DNA of 64,000 nt from contig OZ024741.1 in assembly GCA_964016885.1 (NCBI GenBank), positions 239,878,001 to 239,942,000 of the forward strand. The letters run 5' to 3'. Positions 14,772 through 26,555 of the stretch are shown here, in pieces. The translations under genes were made by a program, and so were the position numbers. The notes under the pieces were generated by a model that did no database searches, was not told where the DNA came from, and saw only the letters and a list, made by a program, of their open reading frames with translations. Numbering within the stretch: position 1 is the stretch's first letter; each line of letters opens with the position of its first letter. Origin of the DNA: Eledone cirrhosa (lineage: Eukaryota).

Positions 14772-15310
14772 GTTGGAAGAAGTTTAGGGAGCTGCTTCCT
14801 CTGCTGACGAAGAAGGGTTTCTCCCTGTGTACAAAAGGCCGGTTATATGATGCCTGTGTGAGGAGCGCGATGCTGCATGGTAGTGAGACATAGGCAGCAA
14901 CGGCAGAGGATATGCGACGGCTGGAGAGAAATGAGGCAAGCATGCTCCGTTGGATGTGCAATGTCAATCTGCGTGAACGACCCAGCATGAATGTGTTGAG
15001 AGAGAAACTGTGTCTGAGAGGGATAGAATGTAGTGTGCGAGAGAGGAGACTGAGGTGGTATGGACATGTGATGCGCATGGAGGATGACCGATGGGTGAAG
15101 AAGTGCCAGGAAATGCCAGTTGAAGGAAGACGTGGTAGACGTAGACCACGAAAACCATGGGCGGGAGTGGTAAGAACAGACCTCAGATCGCTGAAGCTCA
15201 CAGTGAAGATGACGAAGGACCGTGACAAGTGGAGAGATGCTGTGCTGAATAAGACCCGTCCCACCCTTGCAAGCAGGGAAAAGCAGACATAAAATGATGA
15301 TGATGATGAT
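14772..15310 (+). mobile_element. RTE LINE 3' fragment
   Basis: ORF 14912..15292 has RRLRWYGHVMR..GRRRPRKPW; (TGA)n tail. Confidence 0.85.
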
Positions 15311-15806
15311 ATCCTGGTTTTTAGAATAAGTACATTGTATGTTGTAAGAGGTGACTAAAAGGGTTGGCATCAGGAAGAGTACCCAGCCATAAAAACATAA
15401 TCTGAAACCATCCTAGTCAAACCATGCTAACTTGGAAATGAGGATGTAAAAAACGATGATGGTGAATACATTTTTAATGAATTATAAACTTATAGTCAAC
15501 TACTTTCATGTCTGTGACTGTGAAGGATTTTGTTATGAAGGGATCAATGTAATTCTCAGAGAAGAATTACAGTAGTGGAATCATCATAGTTTTACACTTG
15601 CAATCAATTCTTATTCAGAGTTGCTGCCCTTCTAGATAGGTTTGGAGGATTACATGGTTTTTATTCCCGAATGTCTTTCCTAAGTCCAACCACTTTACAG
15701 GGTGAATGGAGTGCATTTTATCATAAAACCACTGCCTTGTCCTCGACAAGACTAATGAGCACTTTGTAACTTACAATATCTCTGTTCCTTTATCAACTGT
15801 TTACAC

Positions 15807-15959
15807 CAGGCATGTCAAACTGAGGGTCCCCGAGGGCCACATAGGTCACATATGCGTACATTGCAACTAATTTTACCAAGATAGAACATGCTTGAGCTGT
15901 AAAAACCTTTGTGCAGGCCGCAGGTGTGTTTGTAACGGGCCGCATGTTTGACATGCCTG
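15807..15959. mobile_element. hAT-type MITE, short copy
   Basis: Same TIRs; 8-bp TSD gtttacac. Confidence 0.9.
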
Positions 15960-16544
15960 GTTTACACCATTTACCAAGTGTATTTTATTGTGACACCAGC
16001 ACAAGAGAGATTGTCTTACTCCCTGCAAGTTTAAAGAGTTCTCTCCACGTTGTCTCTTTTTTTCAAGTCAAACATGACTGAGTGACTAGAATAAAGTGGT
16101 GACCAAGAGAGTGAAAAGAGAAAATATGAGGATGTGCATGACAAGGAAAACAGAGTGATAGTCATAGGGGCACCTTTGTTACATAGGCATGTCTTCGGCA
16201 TTTAAACCTGGCAGAGCTCAAGCCTCTCCAAGTCTGAACACAGCCAATGTCTTCTTATATATATATACGGCTTAATACAGGATGTTTGTTTACAAACACA
16301 CCGAGCATTATAATAAATGTTCAGTGAATCCATACATACATATATATATGTGTGCATGTATGTATATATATATACATACTACTGTACGTCTGTATACATA
16401 TATGTATGTACGTGTACATACTTATATTTAAGTAACAGCCGTACTAAGAGTGGGAAATGAAATTTCGTTTCATTTTTTCCATTTATATATATAATGTAGA
16501 ACTATGTTATCAATTTTCGAAAGAGAGTAGTGAAATAGAGTTAT

Positions 16545-16613
16545 AGAGTGTGTTCTGTTATTATTTCTGGCAATATTATTACAACAATATGATCCTCCTC
16601 AAGTATAACAATA
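16545..16613 (+). mobile_element. Penelope-like terminal fragment
   Basis: Reverse complement of 24019-24090. Confidence 0.55.
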
Positions 16614-17012
16614 TCATCATCACCGTTTTACGTCCGTTCTTCCACGCTAGCATGGGTTAGACGGATCATCCTGTTGTGGGCAGTGTCTGGTTGGCTGACC
16701 ATGCCTTGCTCAGACAGGAACTGATTTTGGCTTGATTTCTACAGCTGGATGCCCTTCCTAACACCAACTTCATTTACAGTGAGTGCTGGGTGCTTTTTCA
16801 TGGCGCCTACACGTCCACTTTACAGTGTGGGCTGGGTGCTTTTTCGCCGTGGCACCTCTACGACCACCTTGCAGTGGGAGGGTGTAGGGGCATATTGTCT
16901 ATATGCTTCAGCTTGTACCCATGGAAGGTCGGGTACTCTGTATTACTGCGTGACGCCAGAGGTCACGGTCGTGTGTCATCGCCTTTGAGAGGTGTAATTG
17001 GGTAAGGTCGGC

Positions 17013-17050
<38 letters not shown>

Positions 17051-17752
17051 TATATAAATATATATAAAATAAGAATTTTATTTCTTGGTTTAGCGGCACA
17101 GCTTCTAATCGGGTTTGTTTGTTTACAAACAAATCAAACATTATTATTAATGTTCGACATAACCTATACGTACATATGTAAAATCCCGGAGAGCTCAATT
17201 TGCTGGCCACTGTCACCGTGCCAGCAATGAAATCATATCCGCTCTCTTGCTCTGGAACCCTGACTCCAGCCTGACTAGGAGTAGGAAGCTGTCATTCCCT
17301 GACGTTATCTCTAGGGATACGGGAATCAGTAGACAGGGCCTGGGGCAGTGATGGGGGACAGGGAATTCTGGGGCATGAGAGTGAGATCCATCATCTCAAC
17401 AGTAGTCGATGAATGATGATGATGATGTATATATAGGTGTGTGTGTGTATATATATCCAGGGAGTGTAACTTGGAGTTACTGTAGGTTCACTCGGGTGAG
17501 CACTCGATGTTTCGGTTCACTTCAGTGTCGAGGTGTAGAGCTAGACAGAGTGTATTATAGTGAAAAGATAACAAGGACGATTGGTTACTCCTTCATTACA
17601 TTTATTGGTTGGTGACGCGCGTTTCGCCACTGATCAGCTCAAGGTTTGATCTGTATCGATCTTACCCGACTCTGTAATCTGCCGTTGAGCCGCAGCAACC
17701 AATAAATGTAATGAAGGAGTAACCAATTGTCCTTGTTATCTTTTCACTATAT

Positions 17753-18350
17753 ATATTGTTATACTTTGGGAGGGTCATGTTGCCAATAAGAAACACATGC
17801 ATCAGTTGCTTTCACTTCAATTTATTATAATAAATTTATAAATTTCCGGTTGGTTGGTTGGTTCCGCAACCAGATGGTTGTTCATATATTGTCAACGTTC
17901 TTTCGTGACACATTCTGTGACCTCTTCAGTGACTGGGGGTTCTTTTCTTTGTTTTTTGTGCCTCTCCTTTGTTCTGTCCTACGCCATCTTGTTTTTGTGT
18001 GTGTGTTGTGTGCTTAGTTTGCGCATGTGTTACATCCGGGTGTCTGTGTGTGTTTATATTCGTTTATTTATTTGTTTATTTACATGTTACTAGTTGATTG
18101 TTTGTTCTATGTGTGTGTGTGTTTTCATTTTGTCCTTAATTGTAAGTTGTGATGTTGCTGTTCCACTCATGTTTTCTATTTAATTTTGGTTGTAATTCAT
18201 TTATGTTTATTGCCTCTGTGATTTGTCTAAACATTGCGTCTTTTCTGTGTGTAGATTCTATTTTTATTTCTATGTTCTCTAATTTACCCTTATGTTCTAT
18301 TTTAGCATGTTGGTAGAGTACAGATGATTCTTTACTATCTTGAAGGTCTC
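17753..18350 (-). mobile_element. Penelope-like 3' fragment (related family)
   Basis: SVLYQHAKIEHKG...RQITEAININELQPKLNRKHEW; terminus atattgttatactt-gggagggtcat is shared with 24019. Confidence 0.8.
17891..17933 (-). ncRNA. Degenerate hammerhead motif in the second Penelope copy
   Basis: Minus strand reads gtca CTGAAGA ggtcacagaatgtgtcac GAAA gaac GT tgac; the conserved U16.1 is replaced by G. Confidence 0.45.
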
Positions 18351-18351
18351 G

Positions 18352-19400
18352 CAGCCCGCTCTTGTTCATTATAGTCCTCCAAGCCATAACAGAGGAATTT
18401 AAGACTGGCTGTCCATGGGAACTTCTCTATACTGACGATCTGATACTTATAGCAGAATCAGTAGAGGAGCTAGAGAATAAATTCTGGCTATGGAAACAGA
18501 AGTTGGAATCAAGAGGACTGATAGTTAACCTAGCTAAGACTAAAGTGTTGATAAGTAGAAAAGAGGACAAAACTCTGATTTCATCAGGCAAATGGCCATG
18601 TTCGATATGTAGAAAAGGAGTTGGCATAAATTCTATAAAATGTACACAATGCAGATCTTAGTTACACAAGAGATGTAGTGGGATAGCAGGCAAACTAAGA
18701 GGTAGGGAAAACTACATATGCAGTAGATGTACAAGGAAATTTGACAGTAGAAGTCCCATTGATAGACACATTTTTCAAATGCAGGTAGGATCTATAGAGG
18801 TGGTTGATAGCTTCTGATACCTAGGTGTTCAGATTACCAAGGGAGGAGGGTGCTCTGAGGCCATAGTATCTAGAATAAGGATGGGTTGGAAGAAGTTTAG
18901 GGAGCTGCTTCCTCTGTTGACAAAGAAGGGTTTCTCCCGACGAACGAAAGGCCGGTTATATGATGCCTGTGTGAGATGCACAATGTTGCATGGTAGTGAG
19001 ACATGGGCAGCAACTGCGGAGGATATGTGACAGCTGGAGAGAAATGAAGCAAGCATGCTCCGTTGGATGTGCAATGTCAATGTGCGTGAACGACCAAGCA
19101 TAGATGAGTTAAGAGAGAAACTGTATAAGAGCGATAAGCTGTAGTGTGTGGGAGAGAAGACTGCACTGGTATGGACATGTGATGCGTATGGAGGATGACC
19201 TCTGAGTAAAGAAGTGCCAAGAAATCCCAGTAGAAGGAAGACTATGAAAATCATGGGCGGAGGTGCTGAGAGCTGATCACAGATCGCTGAAGCTCACGGA
19301 GGAGATGACGAAGGACCGTGACGAATGGAGAGAAGCTGTGCTGAAAAGGACCCATCCCACCCTTGCAAGCAGGCAAAAGCTGACATAAAATGATGATGAA
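18352..19400 (+). mobile_element. RTE LINE 3' fragment
   Basis: LFIIVLQAITEEFKTGCPWELLYTDDL...WPCSICRKG; ends cccacccttgcaagcagg...(TGA)n. Confidence 0.85.
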
Positions 19401-19529
19401 AAATCCAATGTAGATATATGATACATCCAACACAACACTATTTTAATGACTGTTTTGTTGTGTTTACACTGGTGGGTGTTCTCCAGTACTACATGTCACC
19501 ACTCATCAGGGTTTTTTCTCATTTTCATG

Positions 19530-20010
19530 TGGTTCAGCTTCTTGAGATTACTTTTCATCATTTTGTCTCATGCCTTTTGAAGTCTCCTTCCACAGGTTCT
19601 ATCTACCTCAAACACTCAGCACTTCTTTAAACAACTGACATCCTTTATGTGCATTACTTGCCAACATCACTGCAGTTTTCTCTCTTGCACACAAAACCAA
19701 ATTCCTTTTTATATCTATCTTTACTCTCAGTTCATTTGTGCTTTGTCACTCATGCACAACATTAGCATTACATGTTCAGCTTCATTTCTTTTTAACCATT
19801 GTAAATCTTCTGCATTCAAGGCCCATGTCTCACTACCATACATCATGCAATCTGCTCTTTACTCTAAAAGACAAGCTCTTCATTGCCAGTAGAGGTAAAA
19901 ATGCCCTGAATTTTTTCCATGTGCTTTTACTTTCAGTACACCAACCCCCAATACTAATTAAATAACTTAGGTAACAAAAGCTATCTAATACTTCAAGTGA
20001 ACCAGGTCTA
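19530..20010 (-). mobile_element. Degenerate RTE fragment
   Basis: ggcccatgtctcactacca (GSETWA antisense) and related RTE DNA motifs. Confidence 0.55.
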
Positions 20011-20287
20011 AATAATTTGTTAATTGTAATTTTTTTTTATATTCCAGTAATAATTGTAACAATTCTTAGTAATAATTATTTTTTTAGTGTCCTTTCAATA
20101 ATTTCTAATTTTTAATCCTGCGAACAAATAAAAATGTCTATTTTAATACAACACTACAAGCATCTTATATATTACAGAGAAATTATTTTAAAACATTTAT
20201 AATAAGATACATACAATATGATTTAAAGAATGAATTTACATTTACTCCATTATAGTTAATTAATAGAAATGTAAAATTAAAGCTTAC

Positions 20288-20400
20288 CTTAAGATATATA
20301 TTCATGTTGATAAGAATTTAGATGATCTAAACTGTTCCATGATCTTTTATCAATAGCATTTTGTTGGTGCAACAGAAATTTAAGTCAGACAGTCATTTGA
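20288..20400 (-). other. Candidate non-coding first exon of the next unit (E)
   Basis: TTAAG|GTAAGC donor 959 nt past the unit D stop, matching the spacing at 41420. Confidence 0.3.
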
Positions 20401-21246
20401 TGTAATGTTTCTATGTTGCTTTTTCTTGCTTTCCATGGTGACCATGCATTTTAAATGTAATCATGTATTTTAAATATAATTACTTAATTAAATATTGTCT
20501 TTATGAAATATTACCTAATGATTATTTTTTATGTATGTGTATGCAATACCTGTCTTGTAATCTAGACTAAACAAAATAACATTTTCTTTATTATCTTTCG
20601 AAGAAAACATTTCATTTATATTGACATTATTTATTTTTTGAAAGAAATATTTCTTAAGTAGCAAGAATTTAATGGTGAATCATGTAAAAAATAAGTTTTA
20701 TTACAACTAAATTTGCTCTTGTAACTGTATTAAAACATCCAGTGTCCAAAATTTTGAGTTAAGTTTCTTTCCTTAGTAAATGTAAACATGTATAGTTACA
20801 ATTATACAATTAACAAAACAGTTGTAAACTTTTAGGGGAATTAATGTCACAATATCAACAAATACAAATCATTTTATATTCCCCTTTTAATCAAAAGGAA
20901 TAATTTAAACAAGAAAGTTATGTCATTATTCAATAACAGTTCTTAATGAGATAAAACAGTTACAAGAAAATACAACCCAATGAAAACAACACCGATGTAA
21001 CTGAACATAAAACAACAAACATTAATGGTGTAAAAGTTTTCGTTTTTTAAAGGAGCCATCTTTAAAGCTAAATTGTGTTTTGATATACCTAGTATCTTTG
21101 TAAATTATAGAAGACATCAATATTTACATCTTTTTAGCTGTCATGGTTTAGAAATTAATGTTATTATCAAGTATTCTGCATCAAAATTCTCATTATGTTA
21201 TGTGCATATTGTTGAATGAACTGGAAAAAGATTGTTTTGATAATTG

Positions 21247-21320
21247 CTATATATCTATTTCAAATATGTCTTGTAGCTTTGGTTTTAAGTCATAACTGGT
21301 ATTTATGCATGTCTTGCTCT
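21247..21320 (-). pseudogene. Protocadherin unit D terminal exon remnant
   Basis: tttcatttcag| acceptor; phase 1 gives ESKTCINTSYDLKPKLQDIFEIDI*; DNA caagacatatttgaaa resembles a frameshifted QETYLK of the paralogs. Confidence 0.6.
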
Positions 21321-21573
21321 CTGAAATGAAATATTTTAAAGTATAAATTTTAAAATTAAATCAAAATTTACTGGAAAAAGTTACAAAACAATAAACATTA
21401 TAAAAATTACTAGAAGTTTTGCATTTGAAATTTATTACATAAAGACTTTATTTAGAAATAGTAATAACATGAGATTTGAACAGAACTAGAAAATTTGTGA
21501 ATCATAATTACAAACAACAGTTATTAATAATAGCCTTAAACATCCCTACTTTCTAAAAACAATGACCACAAAC

Positions 21574-21732
21574 CTTGTGTTCTGGTTATTTCTTCAGAGT
21601 ATTTTAAGTATACTTCAGTAGAACTCTTGCTAAGATCCATTTAAGTAGACACCATATCAAACTGGTAGTTAGATGCCAAAGAACTAGAATGCTCCAGAAC
21701 ATCATCAGATGTTACATTACTTCATAAGATAT
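21574..21732 (-). pseudogene. Protocadherin unit D tail exon 1 remnant (VTSDDVLEHSSSLASNYQFDMVST*MDL...YSEEITRTQG)
   Basis: ttttcattag| acceptor and AAG|GTTTGT donor; 159 nt; homology to the VTSNDD and EEI motifs; frameshift near the 5' end and TAA at 21641-21643. Confidence 0.7.
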
Positions 21733-22000
21733 CTAATGAAAATACAGGAAAATATCAAATATTTAGTAAAAAATACTGTCTGTTTAAAAAAAAAAGATAT
21801 TTTCATTTTGTCAATTTTCCTTTGCTATTGAATATTTCAATATAAAATTTCTTTTTATAGTAACCTAATATATATATCATCATCATCATTTTTACATTTG
21901 GTATTTACTCTGCTGATTTCTATCAAACTGTTAAGCTGCAGGACATAAAGAAATGGCACTGTTTGCTTAAAAGATGTCAACATGAATATATATATATATA

Positions 22001-22435
22001 GTAGCAGAGGTACCCGGCGTTGCTCGGGTATTAAATAGCAGTTGTGTAAACCATTTATGCCAATACTTCAGTGCTGTTTCGAAAACTATACTTTTACAAA
22101 ATCATCGGCTTTTTCCAAAAGGGGGTTCCTGCCCCCAAGGGTCCCCTACTCAATATGTGCCAATTCTGTGAGTTCACATTCATCTGTAGAACACAAACGT
22201 AGCCCATGTGTCAAGTTTTGTGAAAATCGGTTGCGAAATCCAGAAGTTTTGACGTTTTGTTGCATTGCACTGCAGTGCTTCAGTCGACTCCAAGGAAGTG
22301 GTTAAAGGGGGTTATCTGCTGGGAGGCCCTATAATCAATATCTGGAAAAATGAAAGTGCCCATGACCATCCAGAGTACATAAGTAACATATGTCTTAAGT
22401 TTGGTGAAAATACTGTAGAAATGCATAAGGTTTAC
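22001..22435 (-). mobile_element. Non-autonomous Helitron (3' end clear, 5' edge approximate)
   Basis: gtagcagaggtacccggcgttgctcggg matches the 39805 terminus. Confidence 0.65.
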
Positions 22436-22927
22436 ACACATACGCGCGTGCATGTTTGTGGGTGTGTATGTATTTGTGTGTGCATATGTATGTGTATGTC
22501 CGTCGGGGCATACGTATGTACTGGCCTAAATCTTCACTATTTACTTTTACTATTTTAATAATCTGTCATTTTCGTTTTCAATTTTATTTCATCATTCTTA
22601 AACTCCGGGGCTGGAAATCATTGTTATTTTAAATAGAATATTAGTCTAACGACTCCATTTATACCATAAACTTGGTCTTGTCTTTGCATGAAATTGTTCT
22701 TCTCGGTTCACATAATGACGTATTATCCTCGCTTTTTTTCCGTTCATTACCAGGGAAGTCTTCACGAACCAAAATATTGTCTTCCTGTTTTCCTTCGGTT
22801 GCAACGTTTCTCGAAATATTTACTTCTGCGTTCACAGATTAAATTTTTTAGTTTCAGAAGATCCCGTTAATGTTGAAAGCAGCGATTCTTTGCTTAAACT
22901 TTAATCTGTTCTTATAACAAATATATA

Positions 22928-23250
22928 TCATTTCATTTTACGTCCGCTTTTCCCTGCTTGCAAGGGTGGGACGGGAACTGATTCTGGCTTGATTTCTACA
23001 GCTGGATACCCTTCCTAACACCAACCTCATTTACAGTCAGTGCTGGGTGCTTTTATGCCGTGGCACCTCCACGACCACTTTGCAGTGGAATGATAGGGAC
23101 CCCAGTCCCTATCATCTCATTTCTACAGCTGAGTAAACTGGAGCAATGTGAAATAAAGTGTCTTGCTCAAGGAAACAACACATCACCCGGTCTGAGAATT
23201 GAACTCACAACCTTTCGATTGCAAGGCCAATGCTCTAACCACTAAGACAT
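22928..23250 (-). mobile_element. tRNA-headed SINE with RTE-type 3' tail
   Basis: B-box GAGTTCAATTC; TCCTTGAGCAAGACACTT core (CORE/V-like); tail cccacccttgcaagcagggaaaagcggacg shared with RTE 3' ends; truncated twin at 54853-55062. Confidence 0.75.
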
Positions 23251-23409
23251 GTGTATGTTATATATATATAAATATGTGTGTGTGTGTATATATATATGTG
23301 TATATGTGTATATTTATATATGTGTATATCTATATATGTGTATGTATATGTCCCACCCTTGCAAGCAGGGAAAAGCGGACGTAAAATGAAATGAAATATA
23401 TATATATAT

Positions 23410-24016
23410 ATATGGACACGTGATGCGCATGAAAGTCAATAGCTGTATAACAAAGTGCAGGGCAATAAAGATAGACGGTAGCCACGGAATAGGCAGACCT
23501 AGAAAAACCTGGGACGAGCTGATAAACTCCGACCTCACACTTCTCCAAGACGATGTCACTGGACCGAGACCTTTGGCGGTACTCAGTAACAGAGAAGACC
23601 CGCCTTACCTAAATACATAGTAAAACCTACTACAGCCAGTAGGCATCTCTAACAAAATACACCCCGTTCCACCACCACCACCCCCACCCCATCCACACCA
23701 CCCCGTTCTATGTAAAGTTATGTTGGTGCCGCGCCATCCAGGCCGAAACAAATGAGATCGTGTAGGTGTCACGACAAAAAAACACACAGTCCACGCTGTA
23801 ATGTGGCCGTGTAGGCAACACGGTAAAAACCTCCCAGACCCACACTGTAAATGTGGTTGGTGTTAGGAAGGGCATCCAACTGTAGAAAACCTGCCAGACA
23901 GTCCTATGCGAGCAAAACAATCACTCTTGCCTCAAGTGGGACTACCCCCGTCCAAACCCATGCAAGCGTGGAACACGGACGTTAAACGTTGATGATGATG
24001 ATGATGATGATGATGA
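23410..24016 (+). mobile_element. RTE LINE 3' end, nearly identical to 61690-62290
   Basis: GHVMRMKVNSCITKCRAIKIDGSHGIGRPRKTW, 3' UTR and (GAT)n. Confidence 0.88.
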
Positions 24017-24018
24017 TA

Positions 24019-25704
24019 TATATTGTTATACTTGGGGAGGGTCATATTTGTGTAATATTGCCAGAATTAATAACAGAACACACTCACTGTTTAGTTGGTT
24101 TTCGCTTCTGTGTCTTTTATATCGGTAATCTAATTTATTCGGTCCTCAATGTTGCCATTGACTGACCGACGGTCAAAAATAATACAGATACAATATAGAC
24201 ACAAACACATATATATAGTTTATCAAAGTTCTTTCGTTGTACATCTGCAACATCGTCAGTGGTGCTATTGTTTCCTCCCGTTACATTGTATGTCTACGCC
24301 ATTTTTATTTAGTCTGTCTATATATTTATTTATTTGTTTGTTTGTTTGTTTATTTTTTTATTTTGTCTTCTTTGCGCATGCGTTTGCGTGTGTATAGTGT
24401 TTTGTTTGATGTGTGTTCGTGATTGTATTCTATGTATTCTATCTTTACTAGTGTGTGTTTATGTGTTTGTTGTTATTGTGCTTGTGTATGTATTTATTTA
24501 TTTATCTATTTATTTATACTTCTCTTAGGTCAGTGTTGTTTGTTTGGGTGTTGTTGTTATTCCATTCATTCTTTCTGTTTAGTATTGGCCTTCTAAGTTC
24601 TATTTCACTGGCCTCTCTGATTTGCCTATCTGCTGGGTCATTTCTATGTTTAGATATTATTCTAATTTCTATGTTGTCTATGTTACCGTCGTGTTGTTGT
24701 CTGGCATGTTCGTATAGTACTGACCCGTTTTTTCGTCCTTTTAGTTCCCCCCAGTGTTGGTCTATCCTTTCACCTATACTACGAGCTGTCTCGCCTATGT
24801 ATGTTGTTGTCATGTTTCTGCAAGTACCCTCTGTATATCTTATGCTATAGACTAAGTTTCTAGTTTTACAGTTTATCCGGGGGTTTACCTTACATATGAT
24901 ACATTTCCTATTAGTACAGTGGGTTTTCTTAAAAGGGTAGGTTTTGCTGATCAGGGATTTTATGGTGGTTCCTGGCTTTTCTACCACCTTAATCTTTAAG
25001 TGGGTCTTTCTCAGGGCCTTTCTACACTGGTTAGCTAATTTCCCTCCAGGGGTAGCGTCCACAAACATGACACTTTGGTATCTCTGGTTGTTGTACCATG
25101 AGGTGGCTTTCCCTATCTTATGTCTAGCCCTATCTAAGCTATTCCATGATTTGCTCCTGTATAATGGGCAAATTCCTTTCATGTCCAGTTCTATGAGGGT
25201 CTTATACTTCTCCATGGCTCCTTCGTATACTCTGACTCTGACTCTTTGGTTGTAGCCAGAGAACTGCATGCGGTTGATGAAGTGTTGGATGTGTCGTTCC
25301 ATTTCTGTTGGGTTGCACATGCGGGACACATTCTTCATCACTCGTACCAAATCTGCGATCAGAATATTAAACTTAGCACTACTGGACATTGCTGAGTTTT
25401 TGAGTATCAGGTATTTGGAGGCCATGGGTTTAGCATAGTGTGAGTGGAGAATTTGGTTTCTCTCGACTATAGTGTTAATCCAGAGTTCCGTGTCTAATAC
25501 AGGTAGTCTATTGTTAGGGTGTTTGGAAGGGAAGTCGATAGTTACAGTTATACTCTGGTGTATGGAATTAGCTATCTGCTGGATGCTTTCCATTGTGCTA
25601 CGTTCTAAATCAAACTTGTTAGTGCTCTCTAGTGGGGATGTTCTTATAACTATATTGATATCGTCTATGTAACGCGAGTACATGATGAGGTCTATGGAGC
25701 TCTC

Positions 25705-25705
<1 letters not shown>
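24019..25705 (-). mobile_element. Penelope-like retroelement, 5'-truncated (RT C-terminus + GIY-YIG endonuclease)
   Basis: ORF 24514..25683 has RYIDDI, LPVLD, CKTRNLVYSI...TYIGETARSIGERIDQH and RQIREA..I...RPILNRKNEW. Confidence 0.88.
24222..24263 (-). ncRNA. Minimal hammerhead motif in the Penelope 3' terminal region
   Basis: Minus strand reads acca CTGACGA t gttg-cagatgta-caac GAAA gaac TT tgat; homologous motif at 17891-17933. Confidence 0.55.
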
Positions 25706-25739
<34 letters not shown>

Positions 25740-25740
25740 G

Positions 25741-25775
<35 letters not shown>

Positions 25776-25866
25776 GTATATATGTGTATGTATATGTATA
25801 TATGTGTATATATATATATATATGTATATATAGAAGAAATTAAAAGATCGTTAAAAAAGTTCTATA

Positions 25867-25937
25867 TATTTTATAATGAGCATTTCAAAAACAAATATCA
25901 TCCTGGGACGATAATTGCGTTCTCATCAGATAAAATA
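25867..25937 (-). ncRNA. Hammerhead ribozyme, diverged copy of the 44010 family
   Basis: Minus strand reads tattttat CTGATGA gaacgcaatt...ttgttttt GAAA tgctca TT ataaaata. Confidence 0.65.
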
Positions 25938-26149
25938 CATATGATGCCTAAAAACACTTGTCAACATATGACAAAAAAATATAAAAGGAGAGAAGATTGG
26001 AAAAAAGAAGGAAGAGGGAAAAGGAAAAAGACATAAAAGAGAAGGGGAAAATAACGGAGGAAAAATTAAGTATATATGTATATATATATGCGTGCGTATG
26101 TGTGTGTGTGTCTGTGTGTGAATGTAGCTAAGATAATACGACAGCAATA

Positions 26150-26388
26150 ACGTTATGTAGACAGCCAGGCATACAGACAGATATTATAAGAGCGCAACCG
26201 AGATGGATAAGCGGCGCCTAACACCCTTTAACAACAGAAAATTGAAAAAAAATAGTGGCAGTTAATATCTTTTGACCGTAAGGAATATATAAATGCAAGT
26301 TTGAAGTCAATTGGAGTAGAAATGTGGATTTGTATAGACTTTGCAAAAATGAGGACACACTGACAACATCAGTTTTATATATAGAGAT
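26150..26388 (-). mobile_element. Helitron 5' portion (39805 family)
   Basis: gacagccaggcatacagacagatattataag and cagttttatatataga are shared with 40030-40384. Confidence 0.6.
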
Positions 26389-26555
26389 TACAAAGAGAAG
26401 ATTTAATGAACTGAAAATTATAACTGACACTTTTATATTTGCATTCAAAATTAATTTTCCTTATATGAAAAATCTTTTTCAGGAAAAAAAAAAAAATCTA
26501 TATTCTAAATGAAAATAATTCTAGAATTTAGTCACTATATTGTTATATAATGGAT

